Source of the DNA: an uncultured Verrucomicrobiae bacterium
GTDB lineage: Bacteria > Verrucomicrobiota > Verrucomicrobiia > Opitutales > JABDGR01
Length of the DNA: 64,000 nucleotides
Assembly: GCA_963765205.1 (NCBI GenBank)
Contig: CAVXVB010000005.1
Span: forward strand, 160,001-224,000
Direction of reading: 5' to 3'
Shown here: positions 29,897-41,551 of the stretch, one piece after another
How the letters are laid out: every line of letters begins with the position of its first letter
Position numbering within the stretch: position 1 is the stretch's first letter
Notes under the pieces: model-generated
Seen by the model: only the letters and a program-made list of their open reading frames with translations
Databases searched by the model: none
What the model was told of the DNA's origin: nothing
Translations under genes and position numbers: made by a program

Positions 29897-30109
29897 TTAC
29901 CGATGATAGCCCAGCCAGGTGGGCAGATTATTTTCGCACCACGTCCGGTATTCTTCCATGGTGTCAAAGGCCCGGAACGGCGCGTCATCCAACACCGGCT
30001 TGTAGGTGCGGATAAAAGCGTAGCGCATCCGCTGTTCGAGCGGGCGCCGGGCGGCGGCTTCAAATTCCGCCAGCCAGTCGGCAGGGATGGTGCGCGTAGC
30101 GGAGGGCAT
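29897..30109 (-). CDS. Small partner protein (putative antitoxin)
   Basis: About 70 aa directly upstream of the NTase gene; preceded by TTGACA-N16-CAAGAT. Confidence 0.65.
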   Translation of the reverse strand: MPSATRTIPADWLAEFEAAARRPLEQRMRYAFIRTYKPVLDDAPFRAFDTMEEYRTWCENNLPTWLGYHR

Positions 30110-30200
30110 GGTCGGCATCTTGCGGCAATATCGAAAAATGTCAATCTGTTCAGGTCGTCGGCGGCGAAGCAATTTGGTTCCGGTTCATCAAGAGGGCTAA

Positions 30201-31082
30201 GAGCTTATCCGTAAATAAGGATTGCGTTGAGAAGGCGGCGGGATAAACTGCGGGGATGCCGCGACTATCCTCCTGGGAAATCTCTGATGAATTCTGGGCC
30301 AAAGTCGAGCCTTTGGTTCCCGCGCGCGCCGGCCGGAAGGCGGGCGGGCGCTACCGTCGCGCCGCAGGCGCGGGCCGCAAGGCCCTCGCGCCTCGACGCA
30401 TCTTCGAGGCGGTGGTTTACGTGCTGCGCACGGGTTGCCAGTGGAAAGCGCTGTCCAAGGCCCGGTATGGCAGCGCCAGTTCCGTGCACAAATACTTTCA
30501 GCAGTGGCACGCCGCCGGATTCTTCGAGGCGTTGTGGCGGGCCGGTCTGGCCGACTACGATGAATTGGAGGGCATCGCGTGGCGGTGGCAAAGCATCGAT
30601 GGCTCCCTGGTCAAGGCCCCTCTGGCGCGCGAAGCGGTGGGAGCCAACCCCACCGACCGGGGAAAAAAATGGGAGCAAGCGCAGCGTGCTGGTGGACGCC
30701 CGTGGCGTCCCGCTGTCGCTCATCGTCGCCGGGGCCAATGAACACGACGTGACGCTGGTGCGCCGCACGTTGCGCCAGCGCCACGACCGGCGCACGGCCC
30801 ATTTGTGTGCCGACAAGGGTTACTGGGGGAAACCGGGCCTGCGCACCATGCGCCAATACGGCTACCGTCCGCATGTGCCTGCCCGCGGAGCCAAACCAGC
30901 CCCGCGCCGATCCACCGGCCAAGCCCGTCGCTGGGTGGTGGAACGCACCGCTTCCTGGCTCAACCGCTACCGCAAACTCCTCGTGCGGTTTGAGAAAACC
31001 GCCGCCTCCCACGAAGCCTTGCTCTGTCTCGCCAGCGCGCTTATTGTTTACAGACGAACAACTTTTATTTACGGATAAGCTC
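30201..31082 (+). mobile_element. IS5-family insertion sequence, 882 bp
   Basis: Perfect 18-bp terminal inverted repeats gagcttatccgtaaataa / ttatttacggataagctc; TAA on both sides (30198-30200, 31083-31085). Confidence 0.95.
30256..31078 (+). CDS. IS5-family transposase in two frames joined at an A7 run (30663-30669)
   Basis: ISDEFW..VEPL, YVLRTGCQW, SIDG, NPTDRG | KNGSKRSVLVD, ADKGY, RWVVERT..WLNRYRKLLVRFEK. Confidence 0.92.
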
Positions 31083-31198
31083 TAAGCTAAACACAGGAAC
31101 CAGTTGCTCCCGGTCCAGGAGAAATCAAAGTCTGATTGCTATTTTGCAATATACTGTGAGGTGCTGGAGGAGTTTCGTTTGGTACTGCCAAGCTTCCG

Positions 31199-32338
<1,140 letters not shown>

Positions 32339-32341
32339 AGG

Positions 32342-32377
32342 GAATGCTGAATGATGAATTCTGAATTATGAATTGAA
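32342..32377. repeat. 7-mer tandem array (GAATTAT/GAATGCT type)
   Basis: gaatgct-gaatgat-gaattct-gaattat-gaattga. Confidence 0.8.
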
Positions 32378-32422
32378 GAGCCCGCGAGCGCAAAGGTGAA
32401 GCGCGCGGCAGATCCCTCGATA

Positions 32423-33097
32423 TCATGCTTTTGCTCCGGCCCATTTTTTGTATTCGGGCGGGTTGCCGGCATAGGGCGTGGGCGTTTCGACGGGGCGAAA
32501 CAAATTTAACCGCGATAAAACTTCCGGGTGCTCGCGGAGGGAGGCGGGCAAAGGCCGGGCGTGGGGCGGGGCTTTGTGCCAGGCTTTGCGCGCGGGCAGG
32601 TGGAAGAGCGCACCCGCCGGCAGGTCGTTTTCGCCAATTTCGCGCACCGGCCAGACGCCAACCTGCCCGCTATCGCTGTGGTTCACTTCGAGCACATGCC
32701 AATGGCCCTGCCGCGCTTCGGTGAAAACCGCGAAAGGCGGCGGCGTTCCGTCGGCGAGGGCCAGCGCGGCGGCCAAGGGCAAACTCCCGCAAGCCAGAAC
32801 GGGTTTCGTTTTTCCGCCAGTGCGCGCGGCGGCGTCCGTTTGCCAGCCGCGAATGGCCATCGCGGCCACCCGCAGGCCCAGCACCGACCCCGGCCCCTCG
32901 ATATAAAGATAGCCGCCGAGTTTTTCCAAGGGCATCCGCGCCTCCGCCAGCACCGTTTGCGCGCCGGCAAAAACGGCTTCGAGCGCGGGGGCCTCGCTCT
33001 CGCGCCAGGCGAGCCAGCGCGCGTTTTGCCACACACCCGCGCGCGTTGTCACGCCGCTGGCGTCGAGCAGGAGCCATGAGCCTCGAACGTCGAACAT
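32423..33097 (-). CDS. tsaB: TsaB-like t6A biosynthesis protein
   Basis: LLLDAS, GPGSVLGLRVA, FTEARQ; start uncertain (33097 or 33115). Confidence 0.75.
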   Translation of the reverse strand: MFDVRGSWLLLDASGVTTRAGVWQNARWLAWRESEAPALEAVFAGAQTVLAEARMPLEKLGGYLYIEGPGSVLGLRVAAMAIRGWQTDAAARTGGKTKPVLACGSLPLAAALALADGTPPPFAVFTEARQGHWHVLEVNHSDSGQVGVWPVREIGENDLPAGALFHLPARKAWHKAPPHARPLPASLREHPEVLSRLNLFRPVETPTPYAGNPPEYKKWAGAKA

Positions 33098-33170
33098 TGA
33101 ACGTCCAACATCCAAGTTAAACGCATAGCCTTCAAATGAAAAATTCCAATCACGAATGACGAAGAACGAA
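33082..33170. repeat. Two 7-mer arrays (AACGTCG/AACATCC and AATGACG types)
   Basis: aacgtcg-aacattg-aacgtcc-aacatcc and aatcacg-aatgacg-aagaacg. Confidence 0.75.
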
Positions 33171-33237
33171 ACAAAAGCCGCAACAGCCGGCTGAAGGCGG
33201 CTGGGAGGGCGAAAAGGCGAAACTCCACACTCGGCTC

Positions 33238-33585
33238 TTATTCAAACAAAGCTGGAGGCAAAACCTCGCCACAGTAGAGGCACGTGGGTTGGTAGCGCAG
33301 GGCCACCCGATGGCACTTGGGACACTGCCGCGGAGCTATACGCGCTTTGTGGTCGTCGAGCCGGCCGTCGGTCAGATCCACGGCCGAAACTTTCGCGACT
33401 AAATCCTGATCGGTGTAACCGTGTTTTTCCTTCAATAAATTCCACAAGCCTTCACAGACGAGGGCGAGATGGTTCACTTCGCGCTCCAAATGGTCAACCT
33501 TGATCTGCGCCTCGGCCGCCAAATGGGCGGTGGCCGTGTCTCGGGGGGCGATCAAAGCCTGGCCGGTGCGAATCGAGGGGAGCAT
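33238..33585 (-). CDS. Hypothetical coiled-coil protein with C-terminal zinc ribbon
   Basis: LALVCEGLWNLLKEKHGYTD...DLTDGRLD...CPKC...CLYCG. Confidence 0.7.
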   Translation of the reverse strand: MLPSIRTGQALIAPRDTATAHLAAEAQIKVDHLEREVNHLALVCEGLWNLLKEKHGYTDQDLVAKVSAVDLTDGRLDDHKARIAPRQCPKCHRVALRYQPTCLYCGEVLPPALFE

Positions 33586-33605
33586 AGGGGTGATGGGCTA
33601 AAAAT

Positions 33606-35069
33606 TCACGCATACCGCCGCCTTAAATTCGTCGGCAAAATGCCCAGTTCCTCGCGGTATTTGGCGACGGTGCGGCGGGCGATTTGCACCGCGTTTTCGC
33701 CGAGGATGGCGACGATGTCCTGGTCGCTGAAGGGCTTGGCCGGGTTTTCCTCGCCGACGATTTGCGCGATGCGGTCCTTGATGCTGGTGTTCGAGAGCGT
33801 CTCGCCGTTTTGCGCGGTGTAGCCGGGCGTGAAGAAGAACTTGAATTCGAACACGCCCCACGGCGTGGCGATGTATTTGTTGGCGATGGCGCGCGAGACG
33901 GTCGTCTCATGCACGCCGACGGCCTGGGCAACCTGGTTCATCGTCAGCGGGTGGAGCTTCGACACGCCATGCTCGAAAAAGTCCTTCTGCTGGGCGAGGA
34001 TTTCCCGCGTGATCCGTTCGATGGTCTGCTGGCGCTGCTCAATGGAACTGATGAGAAATTTCCCCGAGCGCATTTTCTCGGAAATGTATTCCTTTTCCTG
34101 CGGCGAGAGGTGGTTTTTTGCGAGCAATTCCTTATACGTCGAGCTGAGGCGCAGCCGCGGGATGTAATCGTGGTTGAGGGTGATGACCCAGCGGTCGCCG
34201 TCGCGCTCGACGCGCACGTCCGCCTCGACCACGCGGTTGGTGTCGTCGCCAAAGCGGCGGCCAGGCGCGGGGTTGAGGGTGGCGATTTCCTCGAGCGCCG
34301 CCTGCACTTCTTCGAGATCGGCGTTGACCTTGCGCGCGATTTCCGGGATGCGCCGACGCAACAGCAGCGGGTAATGGTGGCGCAGGATGTTCGCAGCGAG
34401 GCAGTCGCCCTGCCCGCGCATTTTCAATTGGAGGAGGAGCGATTCCTGCACGTTGGCCGCGCCGATGCCGGGCGGGTCGAAGGTCTTGAGCAGTTCCGAA
34501 GCCTCCTGCACGGTTTTGAGCGGCAGGCCGGACAGCAGCGCAATGTCCGAGAGGCTCGCGGTGAGGAAGCCTTGGTCGTTGAGGCTGCCGACGAGGTAAC
34601 GCAGCGCGTCGTGCCGGCTCTTTTCGCCATCGGCCAGGTCGGCCTGGCTCAAGAGATGTTCCGGCAGCGAGGTCTCGCTGACGAGCGAGTCAAAAAAGTG
34701 CTGGCGTCGCTCCGCGTCCTCGCGGGTATAGACATTCTGGCTGGCATTCTGCTGGAAGTGGTCGCGCCAGTCCTCGTCGAGTTTGCGCAAAATCTCGAAA
34801 TCGTTCTGGAAGCGCATCTCCTCGTTGGCGTCGGGCGTGTTGTCGGCTTCACCGGTGCGCTCGGTTTCGCGTTCCTCGGTCTGCTGTTCGAGGGAGACAC
34901 CCTCCATCGGCATTTCCTCGAGCAGCGGGTTGCTTTGCAATTCTTCGAGGATGGTGTGGCGCAGTTCGAGCGCCGGGGCCTGCAAAATCTTCAGGGACTG
35001 GCGCAGTTGGGGCGCCAGGACTTGGTTTTGCGTGAGCTTTTGGACTTGATGGAGGCCTTGATGTGCCAT
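33606..35069 (-). CDS. rpoN: RNA polymerase sigma-54 factor
   Basis: PQLRQSLKILQ, VHETTVSRA, RpoN box ARRTVAKYRE. Confidence 0.98.
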   Translation of the reverse strand: MAHQGLHQVQKLTQNQVLAPQLRQSLKILQAPALELRHTILEELQSNPLLEEMPMEGVSLEQQTEERETERTGEADNTPDANEEMRFQNDFEILRKLDEDWRDHFQQNASQNVYTREDAERRQHFFDSLVSETSLPEHLLSQADLADGEKSRHDALRYLVGSLNDQGFLTASLSDIALLSGLPLKTVQEASELLKTFDPPGIGAANVQESLLLQLKMRGQGDCLAANILRHHYPLLLRRRIPEIARKVNADLEEVQAALEEIATLNPAPGRRFGDDTNRVVEADVRVERDGDRWVITLNHDYIPRLRLSSTYKELLAKNHLSPQEKEYISEKMRSGKFLISSIEQRQQTIERITREILAQQKDFFEHGVSKLHPLTMNQVAQAVGVHETTVSRAIANKYIATPWGVFEFKFFFTPGYTAQNGETLSNTSIKDRIAQIVGEENPAKPFSDQDIVAILGENAVQIARRTVAKYREELGILPTNLRRRYA

Positions 35070-35103
35070 GATACCCGTCGCTTTCCCGTCAAAACTTGAC
35101 GTT

Positions 35104-36081
35104 TTACTTGGAATTTTTATGCATCCAACGATGGCTGGCGGTGGCGCCGTGCGGCCCATGCAGGTCGCGCACATAATCGGCGAGTTTCTCATTGGTCGGG
35201 CCGTAACCCTCACTGTAAAGATAGACTTCCAGGGCGGTGAGCAGCTCGGCGGCGGATTGGTAGCGCTGCTCGCGCGGGCGGGCCAGCGCCTTGTGCATGA
35301 TCTCGTTGAGCTTCGCGTCCACCCCTTCGCGCATCTTGCTAAAGTCCGGCAGCGGCATGTGGAGGATGTTTTCGCGCGTGGCCTCGGGGCCTTCGCCCTC
35401 AAAAATGTTGCGCATGAAGAGCATCTCCGCCAGCACAATGCCGCAGCCGAAGAGGTCGGCGCGCGCGTCGGTCACTTCGCAGCGGGCCTGCTCGGGCGAG
35501 AGGTATTCGTCCTTGCCGGCGATGACCTCGCCTTCTTCATTATACATCAGGTCCAGGGCCTTCGCGATGCCGAAGTCGGTCAGCTTCACGTCCCCCTCGC
35601 TGGCGAGCATGATGTTCTTGGGGTTCACGTCGCGGTGGACGATGCCCAGCAGGCGCCCCTGGCTGTCGCGCTTTTGGTGGGCGTAGGCCAGCCCGCGGCA
35701 GACGCGCGAGACGATGAAGACGGCCAGCGAAACGGGAATCTTCTGGTGCGTCTCAAGGTGCTTGACGATGAATTCCTCGAGGTTTTTCCCGTTCACGTAT
35801 TCCATGACCATGTAATACTGGCCGCCGATGACGCCGAGGTGGTAGGTCTGGACGATGTTCGTGTGGATCAGGTCGGCCACCAACCGCGCCTCGCCGACGA
35901 AATTGCTGCGAAACTCGGGAATGGCCGAATACTCCTCGCGGATGAGCTTGATGGCCACCTGCTTGGTGAAATTGTCCGAGCCATGCTGGCGGCCCTCGAG
36001 CACCATGCCCATGCCGCCCTCCGCGATGGAACGGACCATCTCGTAGTGGATTTCGTTAAAAATGTTCTTTAACTTGTGCAC
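35104..36081 (-). CDS. Standalone Hanks-type Ser/Thr protein kinase
   Basis: [32 protein letters not shown]; no TM segment. Confidence 0.93.
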   Translation of the reverse strand: MHKLKNIFNEIHYEMVRSIAEGGMGMVLEGRQHGSDNFTKQVAIKLIREEYSAIPEFRSNFVGEARLVADLIHTNIVQTYHLGVIGGQYYMVMEYVNGKNLEEFIVKHLETHQKIPVSLAVFIVSRVCRGLAYAHQKRDSQGRLLGIVHRDVNPKNIMLASEGDVKLTDFGIAKALDLMYNEEGEVIAGKDEYLSPEQARCEVTDARADLFGCGIVLAEMLFMRNIFEGEGPEATRENILHMPLPDFSKMREGVDAKLNEIMHKALARPREQRYQSAAELLTALEVYLYSEGYGPTNEKLADYVRDLHGPHGATASHRWMHKNSK

Positions 36082-36178
36082 AGCGCGTTGAATCAAGCGG
36101 CTTCCCACCCCGACGGCAACCTTTTTTCGCAAATCTCGCACGATTCTTGCTGTGGGGTGTTTGCCAGTGCTGGGCAGA

Positions 36179-37371
36179 TTATGATTTGATCTTTTTGACC
36201 GCCGCGGTTGCGCGGCGGCGAGCTGCTGCATCCGCCGCCAAAACATCGTCGAGGTCGCGCAAGCGGGTCACCGGGAGGGTGTTGAGGGCCTGCTCGATGA
36301 TGCGTGGGATGTCGAGATAACTTACGCGGCGTTCCAGGAACGCGGCTACCGCGATTTCGTTGGCCGCATTGAACGTGGCGGGTGCCGCGCCCTCCGCCCG
36401 CAGCGCGGCATAGGCCAGACGCAGGCACGGAAAAAGATCAAGGTCGGCGGCCGGAAATCGAGGGCGAACTTTTGGGAAAAATCGAGGGTGGGCGCCACGC
36501 CCGCCGCCCGGCCGGGGTAGAGCAGGCTGTGCTGGATCGGAAACGTCATCGAGGGCGGCGACAACTGCGCGATGATCGAGCCGTCCACAAACTGCACCAT
36601 CGAATGCACGATGCTTTGCGGATGCACGACCACTTCGATGCGCTCCGCCGGCAAGCCAAACAGCCAGTGCGCCTCGATCACTTCGAGGCCCTTGTTCGCC
36701 ATCGTCGAGGAATCAACCGTCACCTTCGGTCCCATGTCCCAATTCGGATGTTTGAGCGCGGCCTCCGGCGTGACGGCGGCCATCTGCGCGCGCGTGTAAT
36801 CGCGGAACGGCCCGCCGGAGGCGGTCAGCAAAAGTTTCGCCACATCCTGCGGGCGTTCGCCGTCCAGGCATTGAAAAACCGCGTTGTGCTCGCTGTCCAG
36901 CGGCACGACCGCGACCCGGTGTTTCCTCGCCGCCGCCATCACGAATTGGCCCGCCAGCACCAAAATTTCCTTGTTGGCCAGCGCGATGTCCTTGCCCGCC
37001 TCGATGGCCGCCAGCGTGGGCTTGAGGCCCAGCGTGCCCACGACCGCCGCGACCACCATGTCGCCCGCCGGCAGGCGCGCGAGTTCCACCAGCCCGGCTG
37101 GCCCGACGTGGAGCGTGCGCCCCTTGAACATTCCGGCCTTCCGCGCGGCGCGCGCCGCCGCCTCGTCAAAGACGCCGACATGCGGCACATTGAATTCGCG
37201 CGCGATCTCGTCGAGTTTGGCGCAATTCGTCCGCCCCGCAATGGCCACGATTTCCAATTTGTCGGGATGCTTGCGCACGACCCGCAGCGTGCTGTCGCCG
37301 ATGGAGCCGGTCGCGCCGAGCAGCACAAGGCGCTTTTTGGGGGGGAATTTTGGGGATTTGGCGGAAGACAT
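36179..37371 (-). CDS. dxr: 1-deoxy-D-xylulose 5-phosphate reductoisomerase; 1-nt frameshift near 36445
   Basis: [45 protein letters not shown]...NAANE continues in the shifted frame. Confidence 0.95.
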
Positions 37372-37568
37372 GCGGGATGACGGCGGAGCGACGGTTTTGC
37401 CCGCAAAGTTACACTCCGGCCCATCCGCGGGCGAGCAGAAACATGCTCCCCGGTTTTCCGTTTTCCGCCAATTCGCCGTTTTCACCGCGGAGCAGTGAGG
37501 CAAGCATCAACCACCGCCACCCGGTGGTCCTGCGTCGGGCGGTCAGTTCGGATTTTCTGAGTTGCTGA

Positions 37569-39416
37569 TCAGTGGGGGTAATTCCTGGGGGTTGATGTCA
37601 CGAGTTTTTGTATGGCTGCGTCGCGCGCCGGCGACTCGGGCAGGGTTTGCAACCAGGCCGCTGCGCCATGCGGGAAGGTCCGCGCCCAATTGCTGCTCGC
37701 CACACTGGCACTCACGGCATCACTTACCCCTGGCTCGGTCACCTGGGCCATCAGAGCCGAGGCCAGGGCGGGATTCTTCGCCACCACGGTGGAAATCAGT
37801 TTGGCGACACTCTGGTCATAAGTCGCACCAGTGGCAACTTGGTCCAGCCACGCCAAGGTGGCCGTTGGATCGGTTTTGGTCATATTGACTGAAATATTTT
37901 GGATGGCCTGGCTCTGCGCGGAAGCGTCGGTCAGTTGATTCAGATATTGGGCGGCCAGATTGGGGTCTTGGCCACTGGCCTCCACCACCGCGGAATACAG
38001 CGCCGCGGGATTCGCCGGCTGAAGACCGCTGGCCCAAGTTAAAAGGGCTTGTGGGTCATAATTGGCCCAACCCGTAGCCACTCCGTCCAGGGCCTGCACT
38101 TGGTTCGGGCCGGGGGGTAAACCCAAGGCTGCTGTTGCGGCCAGTGGGGGAAAAGCAGGATTCGCCCCCGCCCAAGTCTGGAATGCGTTAAGGTAATAGG
38201 CTTGCGTCTGCTTTCCATCGGGAAGTTGGGCCAACGCCGCCAAGCCTTGCTGAGTTTGTGTCGCAAGCCACGCTCCATAGATCAGGCCGGTCGCATCATT
38301 GCGTGCCTTGGGGTCATCAATCAGCCCAACTTTGGAAAACGCCAGGCCGGGATCATTAAGCGCAAGCGCTTTAACTAGCAAACGAATCTGCAAATCGCGG
38401 TTGTCACTAGGCGGTGAATTGACAAACTTATCAAGTTGCTCCAACATCATCCCCACCACAGGGGGGTCGGTGGGTTTCGTTTCGAGCGCCGGCGCAATCT
38501 GGGCTTGGACAGGCAGCGGGGATATTTTTCCTGCACTGGAATTGCCACCGACTGCAACAACCGTTGCCGGGCGATTGGGCAGTTCGACGTTGGATGGCGT
38601 GAGTTTGGGGGCGGAAGCCGTTTTCTGATTGGCCGTGTCCGAAGTTTCATTCGTCTTTTGCAGACTGATAATTAGCGGAGCAGCCACAACGAGCATGACT
38701 GCTGTGACAACAAGTATTTTGGCTTGGGTGCTCATAAGTAGAATTTTGAGAAAAATGCTTTCCGCCGCGATCCCCGCACCCGCCAGTGAGACCCCGGCCA
38801 CATTCGCCGCCAATCCGGCGGGCGCCGCCTTCACCGAATTCGCTGTGATGGCTGTGGCCAGCATCGCTGACGACACCGTCACCCCCCGCCGCGCAAAATG
38901 CGCGCGCAGTTTTTCCAGCGCCCGGTCCACGCGCTTGCGCGCGGCGTCTTCGCTCACGCCGAGGGCGGAGCCGACTTCGCCGTGGTTTTTATTTTGGAAA
39001 AAGCGCAAGAGCACCGCCTCGCGGTCGGCGGCGTTGAGCGCGCACACGGCCTCGTCGAGCACGGGTTGCAGTGCGTCCCAATTGGGTTCGCGGGCGTGGG
39101 CGGTTTGGTTCATGGCGTAGGCCTCCTGTTCGCGGACGCGGCGGCGGTGCTCGTGGCGGCGGGTGTTGTTGGCGGTAAACCGGGCCGTGGTGTAGAGCCA
39201 CCCGGCAAGGCTGGCGCGGCGGGACAACGGACGGGCCTGCCGCGCCAATTCCGTAAAAACCCCCTGCGCAACATCCTGGGCCAACCCGGTGTCACCGCCC
39301 ACCTGCCGCCAGGCCGCTGAATAAACCAGATCCACGTAACGGCGAACCACCTCGGCGAAGGCGGCCTCATCGCCGTGCTCGGCATACTGGCGCAGTAAAT
39401 CGCAGTCGGGGATCAT
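37569..39416 (-). CDS. ECF sigma-70 factor with TM segment and C-terminal helical-repeat domain
   Basis: DEAAFAEVVRRY, AQDVAQGVF, GWLY, REAVLLRFF, RVDRALEKLR; TM ILVVTAVMLVVAAPLII; W...DP repeats. Confidence 0.93.
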   Translation of the reverse strand: MIPDCDLLRQYAEHGDEAAFAEVVRRYVDLVYSAAWRQVGGDTGLAQDVAQGVFTELARQARPLSRRASLAGWLYTTARFTANNTRRHEHRRRVREQEAYAMNQTAHAREPNWDALQPVLDEAVCALNAADREAVLLRFFQNKNHGEVGSALGVSEDAARKRVDRALEKLRAHFARRGVTVSSAMLATAITANSVKAAPAGLAANVAGVSLAGAGIAAESIFLKILLMSTQAKILVVTAVMLVVAAPLIISLQKTNETSDTANQKTASAPKLTPSNVELPNRPATVVAVGGNSSAGKISPLPVQAQIAPALETKPTDPPVVGMMLEQLDKFVNSPPSDNRDLQIRLLVKALALNDPGLAFSKVGLIDDPKARNDATGLIYGAWLATQTQQGLAALAQLPDGKQTQAYYLNAFQTWAGANPAFPPLAATAALGLPPGPNQVQALDGVATGWANYDPQALLTWASGLQPANPAALYSAVVEASGQDPNLAAQYLNQLTDASAQSQAIQNISVNMTKTDPTATLAWLDQVATGATYDQSVAKLISTVVAKNPALASALMAQVTEPGVSDAVSASVASSNWARTFPHGAAAWLQTLPESPARDAAIQKLVTSTPRNYPH

Positions 39417-39503
39417 GCGGGGATTATAATCATATCTATCCGCCGGAAGACAAACCGGACAAAAATAATTCACCGCCAAGCCGCGAAGGGCAGGAATCGG
39501 AGA

Positions 39504-39574
39504 ACCACCGATTACACGGATAACACGGATTTGGCTGAGCCCTTACCATCCGTGCTATCCGTGTAATCCGTGGT
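39504..39574. repeat. Inverted 9-mer array (CACGGATAA)n / (ATCCGTG)n
   Basis: accaccgattacacggataacacggat - 17 nt - atccgtgctatccgtgtaatccgtggt. Confidence 0.88.
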
Positions 39575-39593
39575 AAAATTCGCTTCTTTACGC

Positions 39594-41516
39594 CTAATTC
39601 ACCGCCTGGGCCTTCTGAATGGTTTTCAGCAGATCCGCGCGCTGCTGGTCCGTCAGCGTGGCGGACTCGACGGCGCTGGTCGCGGCGGCGGCGTCTTTCT
39701 TGGCCCACTGGTTCACGACGTTGTTCAACTGATTTTGCTGCGTGGTCACGTCGCTGATGGAAGTCGCCCAGGTGAACGAGGCCGCGGGGTTGTTTGTGCT
39801 TTCCGACGAAATAATCTGGACGACCGCGCCGTCCCGCGCCGACCCGGCGGGCAGCGTGTCCACCCATTGGGACGCGGCGGTCGGATTTTGCTGCACCCAA
39901 TTGGCAGCCACAGCGGAGGCCGCGGCGTCCAGGACGATGCCCGCAGGCAGCGTGCCCAGCTGCGTAGCCGCCGAGGCGGGATCCTGCGCGCTCCAAGTGG
40001 ACAACACGGAACCTAGCGCCTTATCGCGGGTGTCGCCCGCGGGCAATCCCTGGGCCGCGGTCCAGGCCGCGGTGGGATCCGTCGTGGTGAGGTTGCTAAA
40101 AACGGTCGCCAGCGAATTGGTTTGCGCCGGGCCGGGCGGCAGCGCCTCCGCCCAAGCGAGCGCCGCCTGCGGATCAGCCGCCACCCATTGGCCCGCCAGT
40201 TGGTTCGCCACCGCGCTGAAATTGGGGTCGTTCTGCAGGTTTTGATTAATGTAGGCGGATGCGGCGACCGGGTCGTTCGCGTCCCATGCCTGCATGACGT
40301 TTATTAAGGCGTCGCCCCGGGCCTGCCCGTCGGAGGCCGGCAGCGCCTGCGCCCACGCCAGGGCACCGTTGAGGTCGCACTGCGCCCAGGCCGAGGCCAT
40401 TTGGCTAATGGCCCCGTCGCGGGTTGAGGCATCGGGCATTTGCGCGATGAACGCGACGGCGGCGGTGGGATTCGTTTCGTCCATTTGCGCAAGCACGTTC
40501 TGCACCGCGTCGTCGTAAGCCTGCCCGGTGGCCACGTTGCCGACCCACGCCAGGGCGGCGGCCGGGTCTTGTTGCGCCCAATTGCCCGCAATTTCGTTGA
40601 TCATTTCATTGCGGTTGTCTCCGTTGGGCAAGGTGGCAAAGAGGGCGGCGGCCGCGTTGGGGTCGTGCTGGGACAAGGGGTACAACGAATTGTCAATCGC
40701 ACCCGTGCGCGTTTCGCCGGGGGGCAGGCTGTTGGCGAAGGCCAGTGCGGCGGTTGGGTCTTCCTGCGCCCAGAAATAGGAAAGATTGTCCAGCGCCCAC
40801 TGCCGGGACTCGCTGACCGGCAAATTCAAGGCGGACGTGGAAGCCGCCACGGGATCCACGCCCGTCCAGTAAGCATAAATATAACTGAGCGCCATGCTGG
40901 ACTGTTGCCCGCTCGGCAGTTGCTTGAGCAAAGCCATGGCCCCTTGGGGATTGGACAAGCTCATAACACCCAAAATATTGTTTTCCACGTTGGCCTGCAC
41001 GCTGGCGTTGCCAATTTGTTTAAGCCCGGCAATCGCGCCCGCCGGGTCCTTGGCCGCCCAGGCTTGAAACAGGACGCGGTAATCGCCGTTGCGGTTGTCC
41101 TGCAGCTCTTTGGATTTGACCCAGGCCACGGCGTCGGTTGGGTCTTCGGCGGCCATGCGGGAAAGCAGCATATTCTTGAGTTGGTTCGTCGCATAGGTGG
41201 GGGGCATTTTCAGCAAGGCGTCCAGCGCGCCGCGAACTTCGCCGGGCTTCAGCCCGGCCACGTAGCGCAGCGTGTCGCGCACGATGTCCATTTGGTTGCG
41301 GCCTGCCCCCTTGAACAAGTCCGTCAACGTAATGTCGCCGCCGGGTGGGGCGGCGGTGGCTGCGGCCATCCGCGCCTCCAGCACGGTTTGGGACTTCTGC
41401 ATCGCGGCGATGTCATTGCGCAGCCGGCTGATCTTCCGCTGCTGGTAAATCATCGCCAGCATCCCCGCCAGAAAAAATCCGGCGGCCGTCAGCATGATTT
41501 TAATTTTTTCGGACAT
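39594..41516 (-). CDS. Membrane-anchored helical-repeat protein, paralog A
   Basis: N-terminal TM plus coiled coil, then many ~36-aa W(A)xxDPxAAxxWxxxLPxG repeats. Confidence 0.85.
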   Translation of the reverse strand: MSEKIKIMLTAAGFFLAGMLAMIYQQRKISRLRNDIAAMQKSQTVLEARMAAATAAPPGGDITLTDLFKGAGRNQMDIVRDTLRYVAGLKPGEVRGALDALLKMPPTYATNQLKNMLLSRMAAEDPTDAVAWVKSKELQDNRNGDYRVLFQAWAAKDPAGAIAGLKQIGNASVQANVENNILGVMSLSNPQGAMALLKQLPSGQQSSMALSYIYAYWTGVDPVAASTSALNLPVSESRQWALDNLSYFWAQEDPTAALAFANSLPPGETRTGAIDNSLYPLSQHDPNAAAALFATLPNGDNRNEMINEIAGNWAQQDPAAALAWVGNVATGQAYDDAVQNVLAQMDETNPTAAVAFIAQMPDASTRDGAISQMASAWAQCDLNGALAWAQALPASDGQARGDALINVMQAWDANDPVAASAYINQNLQNDPNFSAVANQLAGQWVAADPQAALAWAEALPPGPAQTNSLATVFSNLTTTDPTAAWTAAQGLPAGDTRDKALGSVLSTWSAQDPASAATQLGTLPAGIVLDAAASAVAANWVQQNPTAASQWVDTLPAGSARDGAVVQIISSESTNNPAASFTWATSISDVTTQQNQLNNVVNQWAKKDAAAATSAVESATLTDQQRADLLKTIQKAQAVN

Positions 41517-41551
41517 GGATGAATGGATAAAATGACCGTTAAGGTTTATTT

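Noticed and set aside
29390..31198. Searched for an alr tail duplicate around the NTase pair and IS5
   Set aside because: None found, so this cassette is not counted as tail-anchored.
33118..33135. Possible orphan rpoN tail (tatgcgt)
   Set aside because: Only 7 matching nt, with no codon-level continuation.
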